Shown here piece after piece: positions 9,848 to 23,032 of a stretch of 64,000 nt of DNA; the stretch's first letter is position 1; each line of letters starts with the position of its first letter. Under the pieces are notes generated by a model. It was not told the DNA's origin, searched no databases, and saw nothing but the letters and a program-made list of their open reading frames with translations. This DNA is from Deinococcota bacterium (lineage in GTDB: Bacteria; Deinococcota; Deinococci; Deinococcales; Thermaceae): assembly GCA_041695225.1 (NCBI GenBank), contig JBGFRI010000015.1:70646-134645 (forward strand), read 5' to 3'. The translations under genes and the position numbers were made by a program.

Positions 9848-12712
9848 TTAGTCGGCTGCCGCTGCGTACTCCTCTACCGGCGGGCAGGCGCAGACGATGT
9901 TGCGGTCGCCGTAGGCATTATCCACCCGGTTCACCGGGCTCCAGTACTTGTCCATGGCAGGCTGGCCACCCGGGAAGCAGCCCTGGGCGCGGGTGTACTT
10001 GCGGTTCCAGTCTTCGTCGGCGATGTCCAGCACGGTGTGAGGGGCGTGGCGCAGGGGGCTCTGGTCAGCGCTAAGTTCTCCCCGTTCAATCTGGGCAATC
10101 TCCTGACGAATTGCCATCATCGCAGCAACAAAGCGATCCAGCTCGCGCTTAGACTCCGACTCGGTAGGCTCGATCATCAGGGTGCCCGGCACCGGAAAGC
10201 TCATGGTGGGGGCGTGGAAGCCAAAGTCAATCAGGCGCTTGGCAATATCCTCCACGGTTACCTCGTGGTTGGTTTTGAAGGCCCGGGGGTCAATGATGCA
10301 CTCGTGGGCTACCCGGCCTTTTTCGTTTTTGTAGAGCACCGGGAAGTGGGGCTCCAGGCGGGCGGCGATGTAGTTGGCATTCAGAATGGCTACCTCGGTG
10401 GCACGTTTTAGGCCGGCGCTGCCTAGCATCTGAATATAGGCGTAAGAAATGGGAAGAATCGAGGCCGAGCCATAGGGTGCCGCCGCGACCGGGCCGACGG
10501 GCGAACTGCCGCCATCCAGAAATGGGTGGCCTGGCAGGAAAGGGGCCAGATGGGCCTTGACCCCAATGGGCCCCATGCCCGGGCCGCCCCCACCATGGGG
10601 AATGGCGAACGTTTTGTGCAGGTTGAGGTGGGAGACATCGGCCCCGTAATGCCCGGGTTTGGCCAGACCCACCTGGGCGTTGAGGTTGGCCCCGTCCAGG
10701 TAAACCTGCCCGCCATAGCGGTGGACAATCTGGCATAGTTCGCGGATCTCTTCCTCAAAGACGCCGTGGGTAGAGGGGTAGGTGACCATCACCGCAGCCA
10801 GGTTGGGAGCGTGCTGGCGAGCTTTGGCCTCGAGGTCGGCCATGTCCACGTAGCCATCCTGGTTACAGGCTACAACCACCACCTCCATCCCCACCATCTG
10901 GGCGGTGGCAGGATTGGTGCCGTGGGCCGATGAGGGAATCAGGCAAATTTTTCGGTCTCCCTCGCCCCTAGAGCGGTGGTAGGCCCGAATTGCCAGCAGC
11001 CCGGCATACTCGCCCTGGGCCCCGGAGTTGGGCTGGAGCGAGATGGCATCGTAGCCGGTAATTTCGCAAAGCCAGCCGCTCAGGGTCTCGAAAAGCTGGC
11101 GGTAGCCCTGGGCCTGCTCGGCGGGCGCAAAGGGGTGAAGCTGGGCAAACTCGGGCCAGGTGATGGGCATCATCTCGGCAGTGGCGTTGAGCTTCATGGT
11201 GCAGGAGCCCAGCGGAATCATGGCCCGATCCAGGGCCAGGTCGCGGTCGGCCAGCTTACGCATGTAGCGCAGTAGCTCGGTCTCGGAGTGGTAACGGTTG
11301 AAAACCGGGTGGGTCAGGTAGCTCGACTTCCGCTCTAGGCTGGCAGGCAGGTTGTCCTGGGGGGCAAAATCTGCATAGGTCAGACTTCCACCAAAAGCCG
11401 CCCAGACCGCCTCGATAATCTCTGGGGTGGTGGTCTCGTCCAGGGCGATGCCGATGTGTGAGTCGTCCAGTTTGCGCAGGTTGATGCCCTTGCTGCGGGC
11501 ACTGGCCAGAATTTCCTCCACCCGGCCCTCGGCCTGAATGGTCAGGGTGTCGAAGAAGTGCCAATTCAGCCGTTTGAAGCCCAGGCGCTCCAGGCCCGCG
11601 GCCAGGATGCTGGCCTGGTGGTGAATGCTCTGGGCAATCTCGCGCAACCCTTCCGGCCCGTGGTAGACAGCGTACATCGAGGCCATCACCGCCAGCAAGA
11701 CCTGGGCGGTACAGATGTTGGAGGTAGCCTTTTCCCGGCGGATATGCTGCTCGCGGGTTTGCAGGGTCAGCCGATAGGCCCGGTTGCCCCTCGAGTCTAT
11801 CGAGACCCCCACCAGCCGCCCCGGCAGGGCCCGCTTGAGGGCGTCTTTGACCGCTATGTATCCTGCGTGCGGCCCGCCGTAGCCCATGGGCACCCCAAAG
11901 CGTTGCGTCGAGCCCACCGCTATATCGGCCCCCAGCTCCCCCGGTGGTACCAGCAGGGTCAGGGCCAGCAGGTCGGCGGCCATCACTACCAGACCCCCCG
12001 CCGCTTTTACCTTTTCGATATGGGGCCGCAGGTCGCGGATCTGGCCCAGGGTGTCGGGGTACTGAAAGATGGCGCCAAACAGCCCCTGGGGGTTCAGGTC
12101 GGCCTCGAGGTCCCCCACGACCAGCTGCCAGCCCAGAGGTTCAGCTCTGGTCTGCAACACCGCCAGGGTCTGCGGATGCACGTTCTGGTCAACAAAAAAC
12201 GCAGTGCGATTTTCTTTGCAACTGCGCTGGGCCACCGCCATCCCCTCCGCTGCGGCAGTGGCCTCGTCCAGCAACGAGGCATTGGCGATGTCCAGGCCGG
12301 TCAGGTCGGCGACCATGGTCTGGAAGTTGAGCAATGCTTCCAGGCGGCCCTGGCTGATTTCGGGCTGGTAGGGGGTATAGGCAGTGTACCAGGCGGGGTT
12401 TTCCAGAATGTTCCGCTGAATCACCGGGGGCAGAATGGTGCCGTAGTAACCCTGGCCGATTAGCGAGGTGAAGACCTGGTTTTTCCGGGCGATAGCTCGC
12501 ATCTGCGTCAGCATCTCGGTCTCGCTCAGGCCAGGGCCGATCTCCAGCGGCCCGGCCTGCCGGATGCTCCTGGGCAGGGTCTGTTCAATTAGTTCCTCCA
12601 TTGACGAGACCCCCACGGCCTCGAGCATGCCTTCAATCTCGTGGGGCGAAAGGCCAATATGACGCCGAGAAAAGTCGGTGGTGCGTAGCTTGGGGTTTGG
12701 ATTCTGAGTCAT
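9848..12712 (-). CDS. gcvP: Glycine dehydrogenase (aminomethyl-transferring), single-chain P protein
   Basis: [36 protein letters not shown] lysine, [11 protein letters not shown]. Confidence 0.97.
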   Translation of the reverse strand: MTQNPNPKLRTTDFSRRHIGLSPHEIEGMLEAVGVSSMEELIEQTLPRSIRQAGPLEIGPGLSETEMLTQMRAIARKNQVFTSLIGQGYYGTILPPVIQRNILENPAWYTAYTPYQPEISQGRLEALLNFQTMVADLTGLDIANASLLDEATAAAEGMAVAQRSCKENRTAFFVDQNVHPQTLAVLQTRAEPLGWQLVVGDLEADLNPQGLFGAIFQYPDTLGQIRDLRPHIEKVKAAGGLVVMAADLLALTLLVPPGELGADIAVGSTQRFGVPMGYGGPHAGYIAVKDALKRALPGRLVGVSIDSRGNRAYRLTLQTREQHIRREKATSNICTAQVLLAVMASMYAVYHGPEGLREIAQSIHHQASILAAGLERLGFKRLNWHFFDTLTIQAEGRVEEILASARSKGINLRKLDDSHIGIALDETTTPEIIEAVWAAFGGSLTYADFAPQDNLPASLERKSSYLTHPVFNRYHSETELLRYMRKLADRDLALDRAMIPLGSCTMKLNATAEMMPITWPEFAQLHPFAPAEQAQGYRQLFETLSGWLCEITGYDAISLQPNSGAQGEYAGLLAIRAYHRSRGEGDRKICLIPSSAHGTNPATAQMVGMEVVVVACNQDGYVDMADLEAKARQHAPNLAAVMVTYPSTHGVFEEEIRELCQIVHRYGGQVYLDGANLNAQVGLAKPGHYGADVSHLNLHKTFAIPHGGGGPGMGPIGVKAHLAPFLPGHPFLDGGSSPVGPVAAAPYGSASILPISYAYIQMLGSAGLKRATEVAILNANYIAARLEPHFPVLYKNEKGRVAHECIIDPRAFKTNHEVTVEDIAKRLIDFGFHAPTMSFPVPGTLMIEPTESESKRELDRFVAAMMAIRQEIAQIERGELSADQSPLRHAPHTVLDIADEDWNRKYTRAQGCFPGGQPAMDKYWSPVNRVDNAYGDRNIVCACPPVEEYAAAAD

Positions 12713-12728
12713 GGGGTCTCCTGACCCC

Positions 12729-12890
12729 ATCTGTCCTTTTGCCTGAGAGTGTTATCCCTTCGGCGGGCGCGCCAAACCAGCCCGACTCGCCTCTCTCCAG
12801 ATTCTGCTGCTGTGGTCCTTCTGCCTGTGAGTTTCCGGGGTGGTTGCTCCTTCGGCGTTGGGGCTAAACCCAATCTCTCCCGTCAGCAGC
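12729..12890 (-). promoter_or_regulatory. Tandem glycine riboswitch
   Basis: Two aptamers, each GGAGA...CGCCGAAGG...ACTC(A/T)CAGGCA(G/A)AAGGAC, directly upstream of gcvP. Confidence 0.93.
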
Positions 12891-12909
12891 CATCTACCTG
12901 ACTACAACC

Positions 12910-12938
12910 ATAATAAAACATCCGCGCGCCTGGTTGAA
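12910..12938 (-). promoter_or_regulatory. Putative internal sigma70-type promoter for riboswitch-gcvP
   Basis: TTCAAC-N17-TATTAT on minus strand. Confidence 0.5.
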
Positions 12939-12967
12939 AGGGTCATTCCACATCACGCAGCACGGCA

Positions 12968-13348
12968 TTACTGGTTCTCTGCTACCGCCTGATACTCCGC
13001 TGCGGATAATAATCCCACAGTGTCGGCTGGGTTGACCTTCATCTTGAACAGCCACCCTTCACCATAAGGGGACTGGTTAATCAGCTCCGGCTTATCGCTC
13101 AGGGCGGTATTTACCTCGATAATCTCACCTGTTACCGGCGCGTAAATATCCGAAGCGGTCTTGACCGACTCCACCACCGCAACGGCCGCACCGGCCTGGA
13201 CCTTTTTGCCAACGGCGGGCAGGTCTACAAAAACTACATCGCCCAGCGCATCCTGGGCAAAATCGCTGATGCCCACCACCGCCACATCGCCTTCCAGGCG
13301 AACCCACTCGTGCGACCTGGCGTATTTGAGCTCGGTTGGATAATTCAT
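12968..13348 (-). CDS. gcvH: Glycine cleavage system H protein
   Basis: [16 protein letters not shown] lipoyl-lysine motif. Confidence 0.97.
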   Translation of the reverse strand: MNYPTELKYARSHEWVRLEGDVAVVGISDFAQDALGDVVFVDLPAVGKKVQAGAAVAVVESVKTASDIYAPVTGEIIEVNTALSDKPELINQSPYGEGWLFKMKVNPADTVGLLSAAEYQAVAENQ

Positions 13349-13422
13349 AAAGCCTCCTCGGATGTAAGTTTATTGCTAACTGAGCCCTGTAGCCCAGGGG
13401 CCATCTTCCCGGACACCGGCAA

Positions 13423-14478
13423 CTAGAGCTTGACGAAAGGAGTCTCGACCACCGTCGCAGCCACCAGCCGACCCCGAATTTCCACTTCCAGCACAGTTCC
13501 AACCTCGGTCAGACCGGCCTCGACATAAGCCATGCCGATGCCCTTCTTGAGAATGGGGGACTGGGTTCCGGAGGTCAGCAGGCCCACTTCGCGGCCCTCC
13601 TTCAAGAGCCGGTAGCCCTCGCGGGGAATGCCGCCCTCCACCAGGACCCCCACCAGCCTGCGCTCGCAGGGGGCGGCCAGAAGAGCCTGCTTTCCGTGAA
13701 ATTCTTTGTAGCTCTTGACCACCCAGGCAAAGGGGGTACACAGGGGGCTGGTCTGGTCGGTTAGTTCGTGGCCGTAGAGCGGAAAACCGGCCTCGAGCCT
13801 GAGCGTATCTCGCGCGCCCAGTCCACAGGGGGTTACATCGGCTTCCAGTAGTGCATCCCAGACATCCCTGGCCTCATCGGGAGCCACAAACACCTCGTAG
13901 CCATCCTCCCCGGTGTAGCCGGTACGGGCAAAGCGCGCCCATTTACCCAGTACCTTGCCCATAAAGGTGTCGTTCTTTTTGCGCGAGCCAAGGTCGGTAT
14001 TGCTGAGCTTCTGCAAAACCGCCACTGCCCTGGGGCCCTGCACCGCAATTAAAGCAAAGAAGTCGGAGGCGTTTTCGAGCCTTACCGCAAACCCCGGTGT
14101 CAGGCTATTCAGGTGCACCCAGGCTTTCTCGATATTGGCAGCATTCACCACCATCAAGTACTCGCTCTCCGCAGTGCGGTAAATGTAGATATCGTCTACC
14201 AGTCCGCCCTGTTCATTGGGCAGCATCGAGTACTGGGCACGCCCCACTTTGAGCTTGGAGACATCGTTTAGGGTGGCAAATTGCAGGAACTTGAGCGCCT
14301 CCGGCCCGCGTACCCAGAACTCCCCCATATGGCTCACGTCGAACATCCCCACCAGCCCCCGGACCGCCAGGTGCTCAGAGGTAATGGAGGTGTACTGGAT
14401 GGGCATCTGGTAGCCCGCAAAAGGCGCCATTCTGGCCCCCAGGGCCAGATGGGCTTGATAAAGTGGGGTGGTTTTCAT
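13423..14478 (-). CDS. gcvT: Glycine cleavage system aminomethyltransferase T
   Basis: MKTTPL, FDVSHMGE, RTGYTGEDG, GLGARDTLRLEAG. Confidence 0.96.
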   Translation of the reverse strand: MKTTPLYQAHLALGARMAPFAGYQMPIQYTSITSEHLAVRGLVGMFDVSHMGEFWVRGPEALKFLQFATLNDVSKLKVGRAQYSMLPNEQGGLVDDIYIYRTAESEYLMVVNAANIEKAWVHLNSLTPGFAVRLENASDFFALIAVQGPRAVAVLQKLSNTDLGSRKKNDTFMGKVLGKWARFARTGYTGEDGYEVFVAPDEARDVWDALLEADVTPCGLGARDTLRLEAGFPLYGHELTDQTSPLCTPFAWVVKSYKEFHGKQALLAAPCERRLVGVLVEGGIPREGYRLLKEGREVGLLTSGTQSPILKKGIGMAYVEAGLTEVGTVLEVEIRGRLVAATVVETPFVKL

Positions 14479-14594
14479 GCACCCACAGCATACCAATCCC
14501 CGGGTGGTGAGCTGAAGGTAAAACACCGAATCTTATTACTCTGTGCTATGTGGCGCAGGAGCCCCTACAAGGCGGTCGGCCGCGCATTGCTGGA

Positions 14595-14690
14595 TTATGG
14601 TCTATGGTCTATAGTCTATGGTCGATAAGGACTAAACAACTAAACACGCGGCTATCGGCCATTGACCATTGACTATCGACATCTGACTAA
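14595..14690. repeat. CTATGGT/CTATCGG heptamer inverted repeat cluster
   Basis: tatggtctatggtctatagtctatggtcgata ... ctatcggccattgaccattgactatcga. Confidence 0.7.
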
Positions 14691-14794
14691 AAACCATCCG
14701 CTAGCGACAAAAACATCGTAGAGGTATCTTGACAACGTGGAGCAAAGGTCTATCGGATTTAGCAGATGTCGAGGGCCGAGCGCTCGAGTTCTAG

Positions 14795-15382
14795 CTAACC
14801 GGCCGCAACCCGCAGCAGCACTTGTCGGCTCACAGCCTTAAGAGTCTCAAAGACCCCTGTGCCTCTGGTGGCAACGGCCTCGAAGATGGGCAGGCGCATA
14901 TTGGGGTCAATTACGGCTTGAATCATCTCTAGGGGCAGTGCCTCGGGGTTATCGCGTTTGTTAGCCTGGAGCACAATAGGAATGTCATCAACCTTGATGC
15001 CATACTCGGCCAGGTTTTCGCGCAGGTTGCGCATGGACTCGGCATTGGCCCGCAGGCGGTTGGGGGCCGAATCAGCTACAAACACCAGCCCATCCACCCC
15101 CCGCAGGATCAGCTTGCGGGAGGCGTTGTAGAAGACCTGGCCCGGCACGGTATAGAGGTGAAAGCGGGTTTTGAAACCCTTAACCTCGCCCAGGTCTACC
15201 GGCAAGAAGTCGAAAAACAGGGTGCGCTCGTCCTCGGTGGCCAGCGAGACCATCTCTCCTTTGCGGTTTTGCGGCACCTGCTGGAAAACCCAGCGCAGGT
15301 TGGTTGTCTTGCCGGACATGCCGGGGCCGTAGTAGACGATTTTGAAATTGATCTCCCTGGCGGCAAAGTTTATAGTGCTCAT
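14795..15382 (-). CDS. mglA: Small Ras-like GTPase MglA
   Basis: [42 protein letters not shown]. Confidence 0.95.
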   Translation of the reverse strand: MSTINFAAREINFKIVYYGPGMSGKTTNLRWVFQQVPQNRKGEMVSLATEDERTLFFDFLPVDLGEVKGFKTRFHLYTVPGQVFYNASRKLILRGVDGLVFVADSAPNRLRANAESMRNLRENLAEYGIKVDDIPIVLQANKRDNPEALPLEMIQAVIDPNMRLPIFEAVATRGTGVFETLKAVSRQVLLRVAAG

Positions 15383-15384
15383 AT

Positions 15385-15876
15385 TTAGTTTCCAAATAGC
15401 TCATCCAGAAGAGCGGTGGCACCATCCCGATACTCGCTGTCAATCCCAAAGGTTCCAGTACTCACCACCGAGTCTTTGGTGATGACCTCGAGGGACTGTA
15501 CTGCACGCTTTCCGTATAACTTGACCCGACCAACCGGCGCAGAGTTATCGAAGATGATGACCAGCAAGGCCAGATCTCCCACCTCTTCGGCATACATCCC
15601 ATAGGTTGAGCCCTGGAGTAACAGCTCACTGAAGCGCAGCTCGCCAAGCATCCTGGCCAGTGCTTGTGTAGCCGCCGCGTTTCCTGCGACCAGCGTGGCG
15701 AGAGAGTCCAGGGCAAAGGGCCGGGGAGCCCACAGCGCCTCCCGATGAGCCAGCACAAACCCTTTGCGATCGAGCAGCAGGACAAACCGGGCCCCGCTCT
15801 GGTGTAACAACTCCTCGAGGACCTGCGAGGCTTTCTGGTAAGCGCCCCCAAAGAGTGTTATTGCTGGCTCGACCAT
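15385..15876 (-). CDS. mglB: Roadblock/LC7 protein MglB (GAP)
   Basis: LLDRKGFVL...[18 protein letters not shown]; adjacent to mglA. Confidence 0.92.
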   Translation of the reverse strand: MVEPAITLFGGAYQKASQVLEELLHQSGARFVLLLDRKGFVLAHREALWAPRPFALDSLATLVAGNAAATQALARMLGELRFSELLLQGSTYGMYAEEVGDLALLVIIFDNSAPVGRVKLYGKRAVQSLEVITKDSVVSTGTFGIDSEYRDGATALLDELFGN

Positions 15877-15893
15877 AGTAGGCTAAGTCTAAC

Positions 15894-17231
15894 ATGAGCA
15901 CCCTACCTGCCCCTGTGATGAATTACGCCAAAGACACGCTGGCCCGCCTGGTCGCCCTGCCCACGGTTTCTGCGGAAAACCGGGCCATCCCCCAGACTGC
16001 AGCGCTGGTGAAAGAGCTGCTTCAGGAGCTGGGCCTGAAGGCCGAAATACACCACACCGCCGGCGCCCCGGTGGTCTATGCCGAAGGAGGCCGGGATGGC
16101 CCAACCATGCTTTTTTACAACCACTACGACGTACAGCCCGCCGACCCGCTGGAACTCTGGGAGTCTGACCCCTTTACCCTGACCGAGCGCGATGGCAGGC
16201 TCTATGGGCGCGGGGCCAACGACGACAAGGGTGAAATTGTGGCCCGGCTGGCAGCCCTGCGCTGGCTTAAGGACGAGCACGGGCACATCCCCTTCCGGGT
16301 TAAGTTCGTGATCGAGGGCGAGGAGGAAATCGGCAGCCCTAACCTCGAGCACTACGTCGAGGAGCACCGCGACCGCCTTCAGGCCGACGCGGCGATCTGG
16401 GAGGCCGGGGGTGTGGACACAGCAGGGCGGCCGGTGGTTTACTGCGGCCTAAAGGGCATTGTGGGGCTGGAGCTGCGCTGCAAGACCGCTGCCTACGACC
16501 TGCACAGCAGCCTGGGGGCCATCGTGCAAAACCCCCTGTACCGTCTGGCTGCCGCTGTGGCCAGCCTGCGCGATCAGGACGGGAAAGTGCTGGTAAAAGG
16601 TTTCTACGACCAGGTTCGCCCCCTTACCCAGCTGGAAGAAGAAGCCCTGAGCCGCATCCCCGATGAATCGGAGGCCCTGAAGAAGGAGTATGGCCTTGCT
16701 GGCTTTCTGGGTGGGGTGAGCGGCCCCGCCCTCTACAAAAAGTACCTGGCCGAGCCGGCCATCAACATCAACGGTATCCACGGTGGCTACGGCGGCCCCG
16801 GCTCCAAGACCGTGCTGCCTGCCGAAGGATTTGTGAAAATGGACATCCGGCTGGTGCCCAACCAGGAGCCGCGGCAGATTGTGGAGCTAGTGAAAGCCCA
16901 CCTTTTGGATCGTGGCTTCGACGATATCGAGGTGATCGCACTGGAGTTTGGTGAGCGCCCAGCCCGCAGCGACCTGGCCTCCCCCTGGGTCAAAACCGCC
17001 CTGGAGGCCTGCCGCGAAGTCTACGGCCAGGAGCCTGTGCTCTGGCCCAACTTCGCAGGCTCGGGGCCCATGTACCCCTTCACCAATGTGATTGGTGCCC
17101 CAGTGCTGGGCCTGGGTATCGGCTACCCAGGCAGTAAAATTCACAGCCCAAACGAGCACATCGTCCTGCACCACTTCGAATCCGGAATTCGCGTCATTAA
17201 GCGGGCTATGGAGCGGTTTGCCGGACTTTAA
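15894..17231 (+). CDS. M20/M25/M40 metallopeptidase (dipeptidase-like)
   Basis: YNHYDVQP, GRGANDDKG, EGEEEIGS, IHSPNE; start may be 15918. Confidence 0.9.
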   Translation: MSTLPAPVMNYAKDTLARLVALPTVSAENRAIPQTAALVKELLQELGLKAEIHHTAGAPVVYAEGGRDGPTMLFYNHYDVQPADPLELWESDPFTLTERDGRLYGRGANDDKGEIVARLAALRWLKDEHGHIPFRVKFVIEGEEEIGSPNLEHYVEEHRDRLQADAAIWEAGGVDTAGRPVVYCGLKGIVGLELRCKTAAYDLHSSLGAIVQNPLYRLAAAVASLRDQDGKVLVKGFYDQVRPLTQLEEEALSRIPDESEALKKEYGLAGFLGGVSGPALYKKYLAEPAININGIHGGYGGPGSKTVLPAEGFVKMDIRLVPNQEPRQIVELVKAHLLDRGFDDIEVIALEFGERPARSDLASPWVKTALEACREVYGQEPVLWPNFAGSGPMYPFTNVIGAPVLGLGIGYPGSKIHSPNEHIVLHHFESGIRVIKRAMERFAGL

Positions 17232-17482
17232 TCTCTTTCCTATGGCTCCCGGCTCCTCGCGGGCCGTGTAGCTTTCGAACGACACTGAAAATTGAATTGG
17301 AGCGAGTCTACTACCCAGAGAATGAAAAGGGTGACCTGCCCGGTTGCAGAGTTTGCAGTAATACGTGCCAGAAAGGTCCACCTTCCGCAGCGCGAAGGCC
17401 AAGACATGGCGCCTGTGCACAACGCCTGCCGTTAGTGTGTCCACCCAGGGTAAAGAGGTTTGCAGCTAAGTATGTGGCAGTG

Positions 17483-17635
17483 CTACCTCCTGGACCTGCG
17501 TCGCGCTATGACCACCAGAAGTCCACCCAGCACCACAAATAGCGCCCAGGCCGGGCTTCCTCCCCAGGCCAGGAGCAGACCAGCAGCTATACTGATACTG
17601 CCTAGCAGGTTGAAAATCGGTCTCGTATTCTTCAA
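17483..17635 (-). CDS. Putative 50-aa membrane protein MKNTRPIFNLLGSISIAAGLLLAWGGSPAWALFVVLGGLLVVIARRRSRR
   Basis: GAGGT SD before TTG; two hydrophobic segments and basic C-tail; below ORF-track cutoff. Confidence 0.55.
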   Translation of the reverse strand: MKNTRPIFNLLGSISIAAGLLLAWGGSPAWALFVVLGGLLVVIARRRSRR

Positions 17636-17891
17636 AAATTACCTCGGTATGGACCTACGCAGATAGCATAATCCTGCCGTCATTCTAGGGGTCGCGTAAC
17701 CAGATTACTAAATGTCGCCCAGCTTGTGGACTGGTGGAAAGTCAAAGCACAGGTCATACTTTGAAATCCAGGTATCTTTGGGCCGGCCTGCGACCTGGGA
17801 CCAGCGACATGTGACATTTGTACGCACTGAATGAAACAACATTGTTCCGTTATGTCTTGACTTAAATGACTTTATGCTATATACATATTCC

Positions 17892-18014
17892 ATGGCACTG
17901 AAACGCGTTTCTCCTAATAGAACTGCTGCCCGCAACTTACTGCTAGATATTCTTACCGGCGCTATCGCGGCCGGGTTGCTGGTTATGTTTGCCATGCTGA
18001 CGCCAACCACTTGA
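17892..18014 (+). CDS. Putative 40-aa membrane peptide MALKRVSPNRTAARNLLLDILTGAIAAGLLVMFAMLTPTT
   Basis: Basic N-terminus plus one hydrophobic helix; AT-rich promoter-like region with TTGACT at 17857. Confidence 0.45.
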   Translation: MALKRVSPNRTAARNLLLDILTGAIAAGLLVMFAMLTPTT

Positions 18015-18378
18015 GCCCTAGGTATCCAGATCAAATCCGCCGCTGCCTGTCCACCGCCGGATTGATTTTGCCTAGAGCAAAGCTAGCATTGGCGTAGAAT
18101 TGACCTGTGTACGAAAGACTCAAAGCTTCGGTGGTTGATGCCCTGGTCTCTAGCATTAATGGGGCAGTTGTTTACGATCTGGTGCTTCACACCTGCAATT
18201 CGGCGCGTGGTCTGCGTCTTCAGGGTACTCTTCTAAAGCCCTGCACCAAGGGCAGGTGGGCATTGACAGGCCAGGCTCAATTTGGGGAAGGCAAACTATG
18301 TACGGCTGTTCTTGGAGCGTCGAGGTCAAATGGTGGATCGTTGAAGATTACTGCATCACCAGAGCCAACTAAACACAT

Positions 18379-18399
18379 CTTGAGTAAGGTATACTCAAG
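18379..18399. promoter_or_regulatory. HAIR (HspR-associated inverted repeat) operator upstream of lon
   Basis: CTTGAGT-aaggtat-ACTCAAG, exact CTTGAGT-N7-ACTCAAG consensus. Confidence 0.85.
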
Positions 18400-18521
18400 T
18401 AGCCTAAGTGTAAGATTTGACCCTATCCGGGCCCGGTCAGGGAATAAAATCGAGAATATATCGCTCCCATCCCGCCGAGCGAGCGACGAACCCCAGGCGG
18501 ACCTTAGGAGATAAATACCAT

Positions 18522-20903
<2,382 letters not shown>

Positions 20904-21017
20904 CAAACCCACCCGGCCGCCCTGGGCCAGCCGTGCTACGATGGGGTTAATCTGGTCTTGCCTTGACCAAACCGACAGTCTACCCAGGCCTGGTTATAAT
21001 GCCGCTGGGTAGGAGCG

Positions 21018-21461
21018 TTGGTTTGTGATGCAGGCTATTACTTGGTGAGTATGCAGGTAGATCTGGTAGCAAAACCCTGTCGCCGTACTGTACTATTGGG
21101 GGACACCCGCAGCAGAGCACTTACCAGCACTCCCGGTTCCTCCCAAAGCACCTCCTGGCTCGAGCCCAGCTTTGCCAAGACCATTGCGGCCAGATTTATC
21201 GCCAGGGGTCGGTGGGATGCCTTGCAAAACGGCGCAGGGCTGCCCACCAATCTGCTCAGATCGTTCCTTAGCCCACTCAAACCTCTGGTGAGATCTGATT
21301 GCAGCCAGCGTTCATACCCGCGAGTCCGCGACAAACACCTGGCCCTGACCGGTATGGTTAGCGTGGAAAATAGGATGCCCAGACTAACATTACGGGTACT
21401 CGAGGCCAGACCGGACGGCCAGATCTGGGGCCGCTTTGGTTTTTGTTTTCAGGTGAGGTAA
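21018..21461 (+). CDS. Hypothetical protein
   Basis: ORF fills the gap after TATAAT (20995) and abuts the next gene; no recognised motif; start uncertain. Confidence 0.35.
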   Translation: MVCDAGYYLVSMQVDLVAKPCRRTVLLGDTRSRALTSTPGSSQSTSWLEPSFAKTIAARFIARGRWDALQNGAGLPTNLLRSFLSPLKPLVRSDCSQRSYPRVRDKHLALTGMVSVENRMPRLTLRVLEARPDGQIWGRFGFCFQVR

Positions 21462-21467
21462 GGGGCC

Positions 21468-22217
21468 GTGCAGCGCGTAGAGATTCTGGGGACCCCGGTA
21501 GATCTGGTAAGCCTCGAGCAGACCCTGGCCTGGATTGAGGAAACCATTTCCCAGCCCCAGTCCCAGTGCAGACAGATCATCACCACCAACCCCGAGGCGG
21601 TGGTGCGGGCCCAGACCGATCCTGCTCTGAAAAAAGCTCTGCTGGAGTGCGAGCTCATCACCGCAGATGGGGTGGGTATTGTCTGGGCTGTGGGCCAGCT
21701 TACCGGCCACAAGCTCTCAGAGCGTGTGCCAGGGGCCGAAATCCTGCCCGCCGCCTTTGAGCGCTTTGGTTCACGGCTTAAGGTCTACTTTCTGGGGGCC
21801 GCCCCCGGAGTGGCCCAGCGGGCAGCCCAGGCGGCCAGGGCGCGCTGGAATATCCAGGTTTGCGGGTTTCAGGACGGCTATTTCCAGGACGAAGTCGCGG
21901 TGGTCGCGGCCATCCATCAAACCCAGCCCGACCTGCTAGTAGTAGGCATGGGTGAGGGCCAGGACACCTTCATTCACCGCAACAAAGCCCGGCTTGGGGC
22001 CAAACTTGCCATCGGGGTGGGCGGCATGATTGATGTGCTGGCTGGTGAGGTCAAGCGGGCTCCGGTCTGGGCACGGCGGCTCAGGATCGAATGGCTGGTG
22101 CGTATTGCCAGCGACCGCAGGCGTTGGGGCCGGTTTCCGCGGTTGCTTCAGTTCGTGCGCCTGGTCTGGGTGAGCAAGCGGCAGCAGCCTTTTAGCCATG
22201 TGCGACGAACCAAATGA
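21468..22217 (+). CDS. WecB/TagA/CpsF family glycosyltransferase
   Basis: TTNPE, ADGVGIV, ERVPG, IGVGG, KRAP, EWLVR. Confidence 0.9.
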   Translation: MQRVEILGTPVDLVSLEQTLAWIEETISQPQSQCRQIITTNPEAVVRAQTDPALKKALLECELITADGVGIVWAVGQLTGHKLSERVPGAEILPAAFERFGSRLKVYFLGAAPGVAQRAAQAARARWNIQVCGFQDGYFQDEVAVVAAIHQTQPDLLVVGMGEGQDTFIHRNKARLGAKLAIGVGGMIDVLAGEVKRAPVWARRLRIEWLVRIASDRRRWGRFPRLLQFVRLVWVSKRQQPFSHVRRTK

Positions 22218-22229
22218 GCTATCTGCCCT

Positions 22230-23030
22230 ATGACCGACACCCACTGCCATCTCGATTTCATGGAACCCGGCGAAACCCAGGCCGCTATTGAGGCCTCGAG
22301 GGATTTCAGGGCCATCCTGACCATCGGGACCAACCCGGCACGCAACCGTAAAGCCCTGGCCATTGCCGAGGCCAACCCCCATATCTGGGCAGCGGTGGGG
22401 CTTCATCCAACAGAGGCCCATCTGCTTTCGCCAGAGCTCGAGGCCGATCTACGCTGTCTGGCCACGCATCCCAGGGTGTGTGCCATTGGCGAGACTGGGC
22501 TGGACCTGTACTGGAGGCCAGATACCCACGAGGCACAGTACCAGTCGCTGGACTTCCAGTACCATCTGGCCAAGTCGCTGGGCCTGCCCCTTATCCTGCA
22601 TGTTCGTAGCAAGGTAAAGGACCGGGCCGAGGTTGAACTTGCCGATTGGATAATGCAGAAAAAGCCTTCCAGGTTCGTGCTGCACGCCTTTGGTGGCCAT
22701 GCAAAACTGCTGGAGGTTGGGCTCACGCTCGGCGCTTATTTTGGTTTTGCGGGGCCACTCACCTACAAGAAGAATAACAGTTTGCGCGACGCCGCCAGAA
22801 AAATTCCGCTGAGCCAGCTCCTAGTCGAGACCGACGCACCCTTTCTGCCCCCCGAGCCATACCGGGGCAGACGCAACCACCCCGCACTGGCCAGGTATAC
22901 CCTATCCAGGCTGGCCGAGATTCGCGGCATGGATGTAGAAAAAATGGAAAGTATCACCGACCAGAATGCTCAGGCGTGTTTTGGCTTCTGGACGGATGCC
23001 TCAACTGCGGTGGCAGGAGGTAAGCTATAG
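22230..23030 (+). CDS. tatD: TatD family deoxyribonuclease
   Basis: DTHCH, GLHP, IGETGLD, LVETDAP. Confidence 0.92.
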   Translation: MTDTHCHLDFMEPGETQAAIEASRDFRAILTIGTNPARNRKALAIAEANPHIWAAVGLHPTEAHLLSPELEADLRCLATHPRVCAIGETGLDLYWRPDTHEAQYQSLDFQYHLAKSLGLPLILHVRSKVKDRAEVELADWIMQKKPSRFVLHAFGGHAKLLEVGLTLGAYFGFAGPLTYKKNNSLRDAARKIPLSQLLVETDAPFLPPEPYRGRRNHPALARYTLSRLAEIRGMDVEKMESITDQNAQACFGFWTDASTAVAGGKL

Positions 23031-23032
23031 CT

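Noticed and set aside
16887..17444. Minus-strand ORF with CxxC
   Set aside because: Overlaps the M20 peptidase by over 300 nt; no recognisable family
17810..17828. CRP-like site TGTGA
   Set aside because: Second half-site does not match TCACA
18107..18514. 135-aa ORF upstream of lon
   Set aside because: Runs through the HAIR operator and lon upstream region; no motif or SD
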